This document shows, one piece after another, positions 1 through 12,698 of a DNA stretch of 64,000 bases (positions are counted from its first letter, which is position 1; every line of letters starts with the position of its first letter). The stretch comes from Phaeosaccion multiseriatum (taxonomy: Eukaryota; Protista; Ochrophyta, other classes). The position numbers were made by a program, and so were the translations under genes. The DNA lies in the NCBI GenBank assembly GCA_965112735.1, contig OZ218955.1, positions 1,488,001 through 1,552,000 on the forward strand, given 5' to 3'. Under the pieces are notes generated by a model. It did not search any database. It worked only from the letters and a program-made list of their open reading frames with translations, and was not told where the DNA came from.

Positions 1-439
1 GAGCCGTATATCCGTCGCTCCCTATTGAGTCGATTTCAGCACCAGCAGAGAGGAGCTGTTGTACAATAGCAGCATCTGAAAAAGAACCACTCGCAAAATG
101 CAACGCACAGTTGCCCTCTGCACTTCGCACATTCGGCGACGCTCCCTCTTGCAGCAAAAGCGCAACAACGTCACCCCTCTTGTGTGCCACGGCTGCGTGC
201 ATGGCTGAAAACCCTTGCTCACTGAGGTGCTCGTCCAGGCATGCCTTGCTTCCTCCGTTCTTCGCGACGAGGGCCCTCACAGCCTTTTGCACCTGCCGGA
301 CACTCTGGCCACCTCCGATGGCTAGATTAAGGCAGGCAGCCTGCCTTGTACAACGCACAAGCGAGGAATGTACATTAGACACGGTGGCGGAGAGGGGGAG
401 CTATGTTCTTCGTACCTCAATGCTTAAGGCCCTCTGCAT
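1..439 (-). CDS. Ankyrin-repeat protein, 5' part (runs off window start; absent from ORF track)
   Basis: ATG at 439; exon 1 (439-416) MQRALSIE; GT..AG intron 415-341; exon 2 open to base 1: ...QGFSAMHAAVAHKRGDVVALLLQEGASPNVRSAEGNCALHFASGSFSDAAIVQQLLSAGAEIDSIGSDGYTA, i.e. two full ankyrin repeats and the start of a third. Confidence 0.85.
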
Positions 440-737
440 AGTGCCAGGAATGGGCCTGTGGCTGAATCAAGTATGGGGAGAGGGGGGGGGAAGGGAATTT
501 AGAGAGCAAGAGAAGGTATTATCACCCTTAAGTGCCATCTATGGTTGTCTAAAAGTAATATCTCACCGCCCCGGGGAACTTAGCCCTCGCGGTCGTGTCC
601 CTCTGACTCATCAGTTCTCCCCATTGGAACACAGTTGATACCAGCCAGGATCCTGTGTCGAACCGATCGTTCGTGTCGGGCCCGCTGGAGCGCTGGAGTT
701 CAAGAGAAGGTACATTTAAGTTCCAGCTTGACACCAA

Positions 738-1351
738 TCGGCCCCTGACATGGCTGCTTCTGAGGCGACCCTGCTTCCTGCTTTTCTGGCCGGCGCCAGA
801 GGGCCTACTTCCTGCTTCTGGCCGGTGCCACCGGCCTGCTTCCTGCTTCTGGGCTGGCCTCTCTCAGAAGCAGCCATGTCAGGAGGGGCGAAAAGACCTG
901 TAATCAGATAAGATAATCTTGTCCAGGGTCGACTCCCTCCCTCCCTCCCTGCCTGCCTCCCTCCCTCCCTCCCTGCCTGCCTCCCTCCCTGCCTGCCTCC
1001 CTCCCTCCCTCCCTCCCTCCCTCCCTCCCTCCCTCCCTCCCTCCCTCCCTCCCTCCCTCCCTCCCTCCCTCCCTCCCTCCCTCCCTCCCTCCCTCCCTCC
1101 CTCCCTCCCTCCCTCCCTCCCTCCCTCCCTCCCTCCCTCCCTCCCTCCCTCCCTCCCTCCCTCCCTCCCTCCCTCCCTCCCTCCCTCCCTCCCTCCCTCC
1201 CTCCCTCCCTTCCTCCCTCCCTCTCTCCCTCCGTCCCTTGCTTCCTGCTTCTGGCCGGCGCCAGAGGGCCTGCTTCCTGCTTCTGGCCGGCGCCAGCCGG
1301 CCTGCTTCCTGCTTCTGGGCTGGCCTCTCTCAGAAGCATGTCAGGGGCCGA
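738..1351. mobile_element. Compound MITE-like structure with nested inverted repeats
   Basis: Perfect 21-bp IR CCTGACATGGCTGCTTCTGAG (744-764 / 863-883). Perfect 15-bp IR TCGGCCCCTGACATG (738-752 / 1337-1351). A ~110-bp direct repeat (~772-882 vs ~1239-1345) flanks a (CCCT)n tract. No TSD found. Confidence 0.55.
934..1230. repeat. (CCCT)n microsatellite
   Basis: Direct inspection. Confidence 0.95.
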
Positions 1352-2460
1352 CTCCTCCTCCTTTCTCCTCCTCCCGATACCTGCGCTACTGGCGCATCAA
1401 TAGCTGATAGCGTGCTGACTGGTTTGGTTGCTGGCGCCACCCCCCCGCCCCTCCGCCGCCCTGTACTCCGCCCCCGTATAGAGCTGAGGGGGGCGGGGGG
1501 GTCGGGGGTGCAGCCACAGGGAGGGGAAAAAATAAATAAATAAATAATAAAAAAAAATAGAAAGGATAGCGTGGCCGCCGGCATTAGCTCGTAGCGCGCC
1601 GGCTGCGCTAGCGAATAGCTGACAGCGTGCCGGCTGACGCCGGCAATAAAGTGATAGCTCAAAAGCGCGTCAGGGGCGGGGTCGGGGGTCGACGTTCAGC
1701 CTCCTCCACAGAGAATCTGACAAGCCACATATATAGTCATGGGAACTCTCCCGTCGGTCAACGCGGAGACTGAAATATTATGCTTTACTCCTAATAATTA
1801 GAGGAATGTGGGGATTCCCGCCCCCTTCACCGTGATGAAATGATGGCTAGAGTGGCGCGAAAGCATAAGAAAGGGTTTTGTCCGACGGCTTAGCTTTTGG
1901 GGGGGGGGGGCCAAACTTGGTGGAGCGCTTCTTCTTTGCACGCATTCATCCGCATTCTGCATTTTCTCCTCCCACTCTCAGCAGCAAGGTCACTGGATAG
2001 AGAGGTGCGAGATAAAGTGTGAGCTCATACGAAGGAGGCCTGCCTCATCAGTAGTGGAGCCATTGTTCAGAGAAAGAAAGGGTGGAGGGAAGAAAAAAAC
2101 CCGTACAACAATTGGAAGGGAACAGAAGAAGCTGGCCATCTCTACGTCTGAAGCCCTGTCCAGCAAGAGGAAGGTGAGGAGCAGCGACTAGGTCTCGAAG
2201 ACGAAGAGGGGCCAAACAACAGCACACGTGGCTGGCTGCGGTGGCATTGTTGTTGCTTCGAGGAGTTGCTGCTGGGCGAGGAGGAGGGGTGGATATCAGG
2301 GGCGGCGTGCACGAGGCAGCGCATTCAACGAGTGGCAACGGCTTAATGGCTTGCACGTCACTCTGAGGGACCTCCGCCTCAGGCCTCTTCTTGGCCGGTG
2401 CACCCGCCCCAGCAGAGCAGTAGAAGAGGAGAGGGCTAAGGACATGTTCGTATTTGGAGA

Positions 2461-5400
2461 ATGAAAGCCAGACAAAGTCTTCTCTGGTGGCTCGTCCTGC
2501 ATGGACTGCAGCAGCTGCTACTGCTGCTGCCGCTCGTATCCGGCCAAGACGTCGTGTCCCTGACTGTGACCTCCGCGGAGGATGTGGTGCGGCTGCGTGA
2601 CACCCTGCTGGAGGAGGACAAAAGGGGGTACAACACCTCCCAGCCTGAGCAGCGCCGCGTTGAGGTGGCATGGGACGGGACCATCCCGCTAACAGAGCCG
2701 CTCCACGTGAGCAACACGACCCTCGCCATCACAGGGGTTGATCCCGCAACGTCGCGGATAGATGGAGGAGGGACCACAAGACTGTTTCATGTGGATGAAG
2801 AGGCGGTGCTGATCCTGAGGGACATGGCGCTCAGCAACGGATCGAGTGGAGAAGATGGCGGTGGAGCTATATTGGTGCTGGGGGGCCGCGTGGAGATTGT
2901 GGGCAAGAGTGTGCTCACCTCCAATCAGGGGCTTGACGGGGGGGGCATATGGGCGATTCACGGAGACGTGGTGATGGACGACAGCGCCTCCATCACCCAC
3001 TGCAATGCATCGGGTAGGGGTGGAGGGATCGCCATGTTTGGAGGGTGTTCCCTAGAGATGAAGGGCCAGTCCTCGATAGAATCGGTAAGCAAGCAGGTGT
3101 ATGTGTCCGTGTGTGTCCATCTGGTGGGTGCGTGTAAGTAGGGGGGTTGTGCTGGTGAGGGCTGGCCGATGCCCTCCTGGGCGGCCATGTCTCGGCCCAC
3201 GGCGAAGGCTAGCTACGGAGTGCTGTTGGGCTTTCTGCGCGCGCCCCCCTCCCCCTCCCCCTCCCCCTCCCCACCCCAACCCCACAACGGTTTGCTTTAC
3301 TTGTCTCTCCCTCTCTGCGCATCTGTTGCCCCTATACCCCCCCCGGGGAAACAAAAGTGTGTGTCCCTCGAGGGAGGCGGCGCTGTCTTCGGTCAAGAAC
3401 ATGTTTCCATGATCATGCAAGATGACTCCTCGGTGTGCCGCAACACAGACACCCAACGCAACGCCGGGGGAGGCGGCGTCCACTTTGACAGCAAGAGCCA
3501 GTTGACACTCCGCGACAGAGCCACCTTCTGCGAGAACGAGGCAGGGCTGTACGGAGGGGCAGTGTACATGAATGACAAGTGCTTTCTCAACGTTTCGGGC
3601 GACGCTTCGTTTGTGAACAACAAAGCGAGGTGAGTGGAGACGGAGAGTGCGGGCTGTGTCACCTCCTGCCCTCGCCTGTGAAACAATGTTCTTTTGCATC
3701 CGCCAGTCAGGCCTTCTTTCGGCGTCGCGTCACACCATCACGCGCACTACCCCCTCCCTCCCTCCCTCCCTCCCTTCTTTGCTTGCCCCAACCGATGGGT
3801 GCTCTTATTAGGTATGGTGGTGGGGTGCTGCTTTCAGCAGTAGTCGTCGCTCACATCTCCGACAACACGCAGTTCAGGGGCAACGTGGCCGGTCAAGGTG
3901 GGGGGCTCTTCCTGAGGGAAGAATCCGATGCAAACATCACGGGCAATGTCACCTTCCACTCCAACGAAGCTTCAACCTCGGGGGGTGGCATCTTCTCGGG
4001 CCCAGAGTGCAGTCTCTACATCGATGGTGGCACTCCCGCCACCCCCACGGACGTCATCACCATTGAGAAGAATCGCGCCTTCACTGGAGCGGGACTATCG
4101 TTTCAGAGTGCCAATCTTAGCGCCTCGAATTGCCTCTTCCGAGATAACATGGCCAGCGGAGACGGAGGAGCCCTGCACGTGGCGTACCTGGAGGACCTCG
4201 GCTCGCTGCGGGACTCTGAAGTGGTCAACAACACCGCCCGCAGAGGAGGAGGCGTGTTTATCGCGGGCTTTGAGGGAGGGATTCCAGACATTGGCAACTG
4301 CGACTTTCACCTCAATGCGGCGGGGCAAGATGGTGCGGACCCACCCACGCCTTTTCTTTGAGCTTACGAAGAGAAGGCTTCTTTACTGCCTTGTTTTATT
4401 GGCATGTCCCTCTCTTTCCCTCACTCATGTGTGGCTCCGGGAGCAAGGAACAAGTTTCACAATCCCCCCCCCCCTTTTTTTTGCTCCTCTGTTTTTTGTT
4501 CACTCTCACCAGGCGGAGCCCTGTTCGTGGCCCCCGTCAGCAGCCTCCGCTTGTTGGCGACGACCGTTACGAACAACTCGGCAGGAAGCGATGGAGGCGC
4601 CATTTACATGGGCGCCGACTCCGATCTCTCCATTGGGGATGGAACCCTCGTCGCCAATAACATGTGTCAGCATAGCGGGGGGGGCATCGGCGGAGTGTCG
4701 TCTGCCTCGATCACGATCACAGATGGCCCTGCTCATCGAGCGGAGGGGCAACGCAGTCGCGGCCTTGGAGAGGTGCGTGAAACTCCAATAGCCTTCCATG
4801 GGAACAGCGCGGGCTGCTGCTACGGGAGCTTTGACATCTTGGGTTTGTGCGGCGGCGACGAAAGCGAAGGAGACGCAGGGGCACCTTCCTCGGCTCTTTC
4901 GTCCTGCTCATGCCATGACATCAGCTTGGGAGACGACGACGCAATGTGTTGCCGAATCGGCGAATTCTGGTCCCCTGGTGACGAGGTGAGAGGCAGGGAA
5001 GAGGAGGAGGAGGAGGAGGAGGAGGAGGAGGAGGAGGAGGAGGAGGAGGAGGAGGAGGAGGAGGAGCAGGAGGTCCTGGACGAGGGTGGGAGTACGTGAG
5101 AGCAGTAGTCGCACAGTGCCATTCCACAGGATGCTGCGCAATAGGACGAGGCGTTGACTCATCGCTGCCGCACTCTCCTTCCTCTCCATCCTCCTCCCCT
5201 CCCTCTTGCCCCCGTACACGCACCCACACCCTCCACGCGCAGATATGCGACGTCTGTGATGAAGACACCATGGCTTGCAGCAACTTCAGCGTGGGCACCA
5301 CCTCCCAGGACATTCCCCTCCTGCCGGGGTACTGGAGAGCATCTTTGCAGTCTGTAGACGTGCTCGAATGCCGTGTCGGTGACGCGTGCAAGGGAGGCGT

Positions 5401-8400
5401 GGCTGCGAGAGAGACGGACGAGTACTGCAACGCGGGGTACGAGGGACCATGTGAGTGGATCGAAGGAAGGAAGGGAGCGAGTCGAGCGGTGGAGGGGAGA
5501 GGGAGAGAAGGAGGCGGGGAGTGGTGGGTCGGTCGATGAACGGCTGAGTGGGTGCGTGGGTGAGTGAGTGAGTGAGTGCGTGAGTGAATACTGTGTAGGG
5601 GGTGGGTGACTGACTGAGTGATGGGGTGAGAGTGAGTGAATGAGTGAGTGAGTGAGTGGGCAATTGAGGGATTCATTGACCTGGGTGGCTGACTGATGGA
5701 GTGAATGAGTGAGTGAGTGAGTGGCTGAGTGATTGTCGTCTTCGTGTACACTCGCCGTCACAAAGTAGAACACGTGGGCAAATCCTCGGTGGTGCCCTCC
5801 CCCTTCTCCCATCTCACGCCCACGCACACACGCACACACACACACTCTCTCTCTCTCTCTCTTACACACACACGCACACCCATATCCACACAAATGTACG
5901 CATACACACACGCACAGACTGCGCAGTGTGCTCGCGCGAGTACTTCCGTTTCAATGGCCACCAGTGCACCAAGTGTCCACGGATGACCTCTACTCGCGCC
6001 GTTTTGCCCCTGCTGCTGGTGATTGCGCTCTTTGTGCTGCTGGGCCTGTGGCTGCTGTACCGCGCGTTGCAGTCGGCGCTGCTCATCGACGAGACCAACG
6101 CAGCGCTCGTGGACCTTGACAAGTCCGCCTCGACGGTCGACAGGCTGCTTCTCTCTGCCGGCAAGAGCATCCGAGCCCTCCCCTGGAGCAAGCTACGCAC
6201 ACCCGTGGTCATGTTCCAGATCCTCTCTCAGTACCTCGCCATCACCGGCCTGCGCCTGCCGCACTCCTACGAGCGCTTCTTGGCGTGGATGTCGCTGCTG
6301 GATCTGGAATTTGGCCGCCTGCTGTCGGTCGGCTGCGCCTTTGACGGCGCGGACGGCTTTTACACCCGTTTGCTCGCCACCACACTCGCGCCCTTCTCCC
6401 TCGTGCTGCTGGTGTTGCTCTTCACTTACCTTTTTCGGCTGGTGGTGGTGACGAGGAGGGATAGCAGCAGCAAGCACAAGAACAGGAACAACCCCTCCTC
6501 TGCATCTTTTGATTGCACCTCTCCTGTGGCCAGAGCAGGGGACGAAGGAGGCGTGGAGGCGTTGGGTTGTGACTCGATGGACACTCTCACTCCTCCGATC
6601 TTCGAGGGCCAATCGTCTGTCGACACTCCCACTCCACCGGCCACTTCGTCACCACTTCCAGCGTTGCGAGCACCGACATCTTCGGTCGAAGCGCCGCGCG
6701 AGAGGCGCAGGGAGGACGACGACGACGAGGAGGAGGAGGAGGAGGAGGAGGAGGAGGAGAAGGAGGAGGAGGAGGAGGAGGAGGAGGACAGTGGCGTCCA
6801 GCGGTGGGATGCAGCGGTGAAAGAAAAGCTCTGGAACGGCATGCTGGTGTTCGCCTTCCTCATCTGTGAGTGCCTGGGGGGGGGGGTCAAGAAGGAGACG
6901 GGAGAGGGAGAGGGAGGGCACATGTGATCAAAGCATTGTTCCCCTTTTCTGCGTTGAGTTCTCTCGTGTATTATTCCCTCCTCTTTTCTAACGGCCTGCC
7001 TGCCTGTCTGTCCGTCCGTTTGTCTGCCTGTCTGTCTGTCTGCCTGCCTGCCTGCCTGCCTCCTCCTCCTCAGACTCCAGCACAAGTACCGTGGTCTTTC
7101 AAACCTTCGCGTGTGATCACTCCCTACGCGACGAAAGCGACATATCTTACCTGCGCGCGGACTACACCATCGAGTGTTATACCCCTCGCCACACGTGTTT
7201 CCGAGTGTACGCCGCTTGCATGATTCTGCTGTACCCCGTGGGCATTCCGTACATGTTCGCGAGAGAGCTGTGGAGGAGGGACAAAGAATGCAGACCCCGC
7301 GGCAGCGGAGAGGAGGAGCAGGAGGAGCAGCTGCTGCTGCGCGAGGGAGGATTGGACGGAGTCATGGAATATGGCGACGCTGTGGAGACCAACCCTGCCC
7401 ATGTCGGGGGGACTGCTGACGGCACAGTCGGTGCCGATGCTGCCACTTACGGGGCTGATGTGTCACAGGGTAGCGGGGAGGAAGCGAGGATAAGGAGCAG
7501 CAGCGGCGGCGGCGCGTGGGCGGCGGGGCAGAGCAGGAAGAAAGTCCAGTCCTCGGGGTTCTTATCGAATGCCTGTAAGTGGGAAGCATGCTTGTTTTCG
7601 TTGTTGTGTTGTATGTGCGCAGGTTCTTGTCCCCTCCCGTCTCCTTCTCTCATCTCCATGCCTCCTCTCCTTTGTTATGCCGGGCAGCAAGCAGCTGGGC
7701 CAAGAGAAAAGAGACAGACTCCCATTCTGGCTGTAGGCGAGCCCTGACCCTGATGTCCTCCTCTCAGCCTCTTTACCTCGGCTTCTTGCGTGGCTGGACG
7801 TTGCTGACCCTTGCCCCACTCCATACCTACTACAGACCGCGAGAAGCACTTCTACTGGGAGCTCTGCGAGTGCGCTCGACGTCTCCTCCTCACCGGAGTG
7901 CTCGTCTTTGTGCTCGCCGGAACAGCCGGACAGGCGGGTGTTGCCTCCCTGTTCAGCGCGGGGACAATGGTAATCGCAGCCGCTGTGCAACCCTTCGCCG
8001 ACCCCGACGACACAAAGCTATACATCAGTGCGGCTGCCATCATCTTCCTATCTATGTTTCTGACCTTCGCGACCAAGGTGAGCGGGGAGGAGAAGGACCC
8101 TCCTTCCTTCCTTCCTTCCTTCCTTCCTTCCTTCCTTCCTTCCTTCCTTCCTTCCTTCCTTCCTTCCTTCCTTCCTTCCTTCCTTCCTTCCTTCCTTCCT
8201 TCCTTCCTTCCTTCCTTCACTTCCTTCCTTCCTTCCTTCCTTCCTTCCTTCCTTCCTTCCATTCTTCCATTCTTCCATTCTTCCTCCCTCCCTCCCTTCC
8301 TCCCTTTCTCCCTTCCTTCCTCCCATCCTTCCTGCCTCTCTCCCTTCCTTTCTTTCTTCCTTCCATCCATTCTGCCTGCCTGCCTTCCTGCCTGCATTCT

Positions 8401-9440
8401 TGTCTTCCTTCCCTCCTTCGTCCTTTCTTCCTTCCCTGACAAATGTGCTCTCACCACTCTGCCCACCCTCCCCCCCCCTCCTCCTCCTCCTCCTTCTCCT
8501 CCTCCTCCTCCTCCTCCTCCTCCTCCTCCTCCTCCTCCTCCTCCTCCTCCTCGTCTCCTCCTCCTCGTCGTCGTTGTTGTCGATACAGGTGGACGTTTCA
8601 GAGGAAGATGAGCAGTGTCAAACTTTCTTCGGCTACTTCCTCGTCCTCATGAACGTGTCCCTGGTCTCAGCTGTGCTCTATCAAATATGCAATGCCGGCT
8701 CCAGGATCCAGCGAGTTTTCCGTAACTCCAAGCGCTTTGCTTCCTTCCGCTCGTCCTTTTCTATGCGGGGCAGTCGGGCGGAAGAACCACTCATTCACAT
8801 GTCTTTGGAGGGTAATAGTAGTGACCACGGCAGCTGCGTCACCGGACCGGATGGAGTGGTAATGGGGACTCTCGGGTCGGGCTTGACATCTGGCTTGACG
8901 TCCATGGGGGGTAGCAATGTCAGCGGGCCCGGGGGGTTGATAATGGGGGGGCTCGCAGCAGGACGCGAAGGAGGAGGAGGGATGCAGAGTGGTCAGAGTG
9001 GTCAGAGTGGTCAGAGTGGTCAGAGTAGTCAGAGTGCCCAGAGTGACCAGAGCATCAGCGGCCCCGGTGGGAAGGTGATGGGGAGTCTCGGGTCGGGGTC
9101 TGGCTTGTCGTCGTGCGGGGAAAGCAGAGTCAGCGGCCCCGAGGGGGTGATGATGAGGGTGCGTGCAGGAGCGAGTGGAGGAGGAGGAGAGATGGAGAGT
9201 GGTCAGAGTGGCCAGAGCATTAGCGGCCCCGAGGGTAAGACCATGGGGTATCTCGGGTCAAGGCCTGACGCGATGGGGGGCAATGCCAGCGGGCCCGAGG
9301 GGAAGGTGATGGGGGGGCTCGCAGTAGGGAGTGGTGGTGGTGGTGGTGGTGGAGGAGGAGGAGGAGGAGGAGGAGGAGGAGGAGGAGGTGGTGGTGGTGG
9401 TGGTGGAGGAGGAGTAGGAGGAGGAGGAGGACTACTTTGA
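2461..9440 (+). CDS. Multi-exon membrane protein: signal peptide, pectin-lyase-like beta-helix (polymorphic-membrane-protein-type GGAI/FxxN repeats), Cys-rich linker, multi-TM region, GQS-repeat tail
   Basis: Hydrophobic N-terminus (LLWWLVLHGLQQLLLLLPLVSG). Repeated GGGAI/GGGIW/GGAVY/FxxNxA..GG motifs. LLPGYWRAS..C..GDACKGG..C..GYEGP|CAVC. TM segments (MFQILSQY, YLRADYTIEC, MILLYPVGIP, FYWELCECARRLLLTG, VQPFADPDD). Introns are GT-AG (e.g. donor 3085); stop at 9440. Confidence 0.85.
8100..8430. repeat. Intronic (CCTT)n microsatellite
   Basis: Direct inspection. Confidence 0.9.
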
Positions 9441-9831
9441 CATTTCTGAGTGAGTGAAAGCAAGCATGCAGCACTCCAAGGGCTTTTAATTAAAAGTATA
9501 TATACACAAGCGAGTAGGGAGTGCCGTTCAGTTCAGTTGACAAGTAAGACGTTAGACCTTAACCAATAAATCGACGCTGGTGGTCCTGTTGTTGCTGTGG
9601 TTGAGACTAGGGGCGTCTATGTACACATGACGACATGACGACGAAGCATTTCGAGAAGCACGCAGCGGAGCTTCGGTGACTACTCACAACCATCACGTTG
9701 TCATATTCACCCATGACCATCCCAATCCCTCGCCATTAAGACTTCCCCATCGCTCCACCACCAAACCATCCTCATTATCTTCTTTTATTCATTCTCATTC
9801 ATGTTGCGTCAAGCAATCATCAATCTTCGTC

Positions 9832-11499
9832 TCATGTGAAGCTGAAGGGGTCCCTCAGCTGCCCGTTTCTGCTCTGCCGCATCGGACTAATGCCCAACCC
9901 GAACCCTGCTCCTCCTGCCCGACCTTTAGCCCCGTAACCGTCGTAACCGTCGTACCCGCTCTCCCGATACAGATACCGCAAGTCTCCCTCTTCTGCCACC
10001 CCCCCTGGACTACGCCACCGACCTTCGCCCCTTCCTCCTCCTCCTCCTCCCCCTCCTCCTCCGGCTCTACTCCCTCTTGGGTAGTGCGACACCGAGCTGC
10101 CTCTCCTGATGGAGCCCGGTGAGTGGTACGACCCGCCATCACCACCGCCATCACTGTAGCCGGCAGATGAGGCGTAGGACGAGGACAGACCAACCCCAAG
10201 GCCTCGGGGAACGGTGGGAGGTGGTGGAGACAGAGGAAGCCCTCCCCCACCTGCCCAGCCGCCTTCCCAGCCTCTTTCCATGTGAGCAGGAGATGGCAAG
10301 GAGTGAGAGTCCATCCCTCCTCGACATCCCCCATCTCCCACATCGTCCTCCATACTCCGTTCAATGGCTCTGCGCAGGCTTCTTAACCGGTAGAAGGACG
10401 CTTCTGCGTACATCTCCTTCAGTAAGGAGACATCCCGTGGCAGAGACCCGCTCCGCAAGAACTGCAGCACGTAGCGGAAGATCCACCTGGAAGAAGAAGA
10501 AGAAGAAGAAGAAGAAGAAGAAGAAGAAGAAAGAAGAAGAAGAAGAAGAAGAAGAAGAAGAAGAAGAAGAAGAAGAAGAAGAAGAAGAAGAAGAAGAAGA
10601 AGAAGAAGAAGAAGAAGAAGAAGAAGAAGAAGAAGAAGAAGAAGAAGAAGAAGAAGAAGAAGAAGAAGAAGAAGAAGAAGAAGAAGAAGAAGAAGAAGAA
10701 GAAGAAGAAGAAGAAGAAGAAGAAGAAGAAGAAGAAGAAGAAGAAGAAGAAGAAGAAGAAGAAGAAGAAGAAGAAGAAGAAGAAGAAGAAGGAGAGGAGG
10801 GGGAAAGGGTCTGGAGGTGTGAGTAGTTGCTTCAACCCCCACTTGGACAAAGACGAGTACCACCTGTCCAGTCTACTGCTCCGAAACAAGGTGCGGGCAA
10901 GCAGGCGTTCATGAACGCTGGCAAGCGTGTCGGCTCTTGACTTGTTGCGTAGCCCCTGTTCTCCATGTTATGACCTCCCTCTCTCCCCCTCCCTCCATCC
11001 GCGTCTGTTTTTGCCTGACCGTTGCCGCACGTCCTCCTCCGTGCCCATTCGTCCCCTCATCTTGTGTGGCCCCATCCACCCACCCATCGACCCCCCCCCC
11101 CCCCCCCAAAGCACCTGAAAGATTTGGTCACACACTCTCTCTCTGGCACACACGTACCAGTCTCTGTCGAGGAAGAAAGCCCCATTCTCGTCCTTTTGGA
11201 CGGGAGCCTCGGTCTTGCATAGCGCAGCCAGGAGACTGAAGCGATCTCTCGTCAGGACCTTGGCGGTCGTCTCGATGACTTGCCCGCCCACATTCAGCAC
11301 CATACGGGTGTCCAGAGGTACAAAGGAGAACTTTGCCTTTTCCTCAAAGCTGTGTGCGAGTTTTCATGGAAGAGAGACAAAAAGAAGGTCCGCTCGATGA
11401 GTCAGCGTGGGAGCTTGTAGCAGTGTGCCCTTTTTTTCATGAGCCTAAGATGAGGGCCATAGAGCAAACCCAAGAAAGCAAGAAAGAAAGAGAGAGAGA

Positions 11500-11540
<41 letters not shown>

Positions 11541-11970
11541 AGAGAGAGAAGGAGCAGGTTTGGCGAGTACTCGGTAACAGACTCACCCCTCTCTCTCCTT
11601 GGCGTTCTTCCTGTGCATCTCCCCAATCTTGCTCCAGATTTCAGTGAGCCTCTTCTTCTCGAAAGTCACTCGTCGCTCCTCTTCCTCCAACTGAGACCAT
11701 AGTCGACCCACGTTTGGGTCCTGCATGCTGCGCCCCCTTTCACAGAGAGATGGAGCGGAAAGGGAGGAAATTCCTGCTTGGCGATGCCTCTACCGTCCGT
11801 CGCAATGCACCTCCTGCTTTCTCTCCTCCTCCCCCTTCCCCTAACCTTCGTACCGTGCACCAGTCTGCAAACCCATCTCGCTGGCCTCCCTCTCCATCAT
11901 TTTTCTCCCTTGTGCGCTCCCTCTTCTGGGCTCGTTGTTCCTTCACGAGTCTACACGTCAATCGAGCAGA
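9832..11970 (-). CDS. BTB/POZ (KCTD / K-channel tetramerisation type) domain protein, multi-exon; 5' end uncertain
   Basis: Exon ~11356-11157 has MVLNVGGQVIETTAKVLTRDRFSLLAALC...GAFFLDRDW. It splices across the (GAA)n intron to WIFRYVLQFLRSGSLP...EMYAEASFYRLRSL, a textbook KCTD-type BTB. Stop at 9832. Confidence 0.85.
10490..10790. repeat. (GAA)n trinucleotide tract, intronic
   Basis: About 100 units, direct inspection. Confidence 0.95.
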
Positions 11971-12371
11971 TCCCAGCCACAGGCAGTCAATGCATCCTCA
12001 AGGGGAGGAGAAGAGAGGATAGGTTTCCGACCCAGTATAAGTAACGGTTTTTTCACCCTCGGCGCCCTCGGAGGAATCCGCTTGTTGTCATCCAACTTTC
12101 CTGTTGGACCGTCTTGCAGCAGGTACCCAGCAGTAGGAGCACCAGCAGGAGGAGCAGCAGGAGGAGGTCGAGGTCGAGGGCAGTTGCTACTGCACTGAGC
12201 GTTCCAGCGCCCTCCTCACCCAAGAGGTGCCACCTCATGACCAAGAGAGGAGAGCAGGGAAGCACTGCGCACCGTCCGACCCCGGAAGGTGGTAGCGCGT
12301 CATACTGAGAGGGAGGAGACCAGCGAGCTGAGACGAAGAGCAAGAAGGGGGTAGGAAACGAGCAGTGAACC

Positions 12372-12663
12372 ATGACCTCTGCCAACGCCAACAAAGGCGG
12401 CGGTGAGCCTTCACCCGCGTCCTCGTCATCTCTCGAACCACCCCCGATGGCTTCTACGTCCAGCGTAGCAAGCCAGAGCCTAGAGAACAGCCCTGTGCTG
12501 GGCGAGTACCAAGAGGAAGAGAGTGGGGACGACGAGGAGTGCGCTGGCTCCCGCGGGGATGACGAGGAGCGGGAGGGCCCCAGCCAGGGTGACGAGGAGG
12601 GGGAGGGAGAGGAGGAGGAGAAGGAGGAGGCGGGGGACGAGGAAGTGACGGAGGTGGAGGAGG

Positions 12664-12698
<35 letters not shown>

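Noticed and set aside
111-638. 175-aa plus-strand ORF
   Set aside because: Antisense to the ankyrin-repeat frame on the minus strand, which has clear motifs and an intron.
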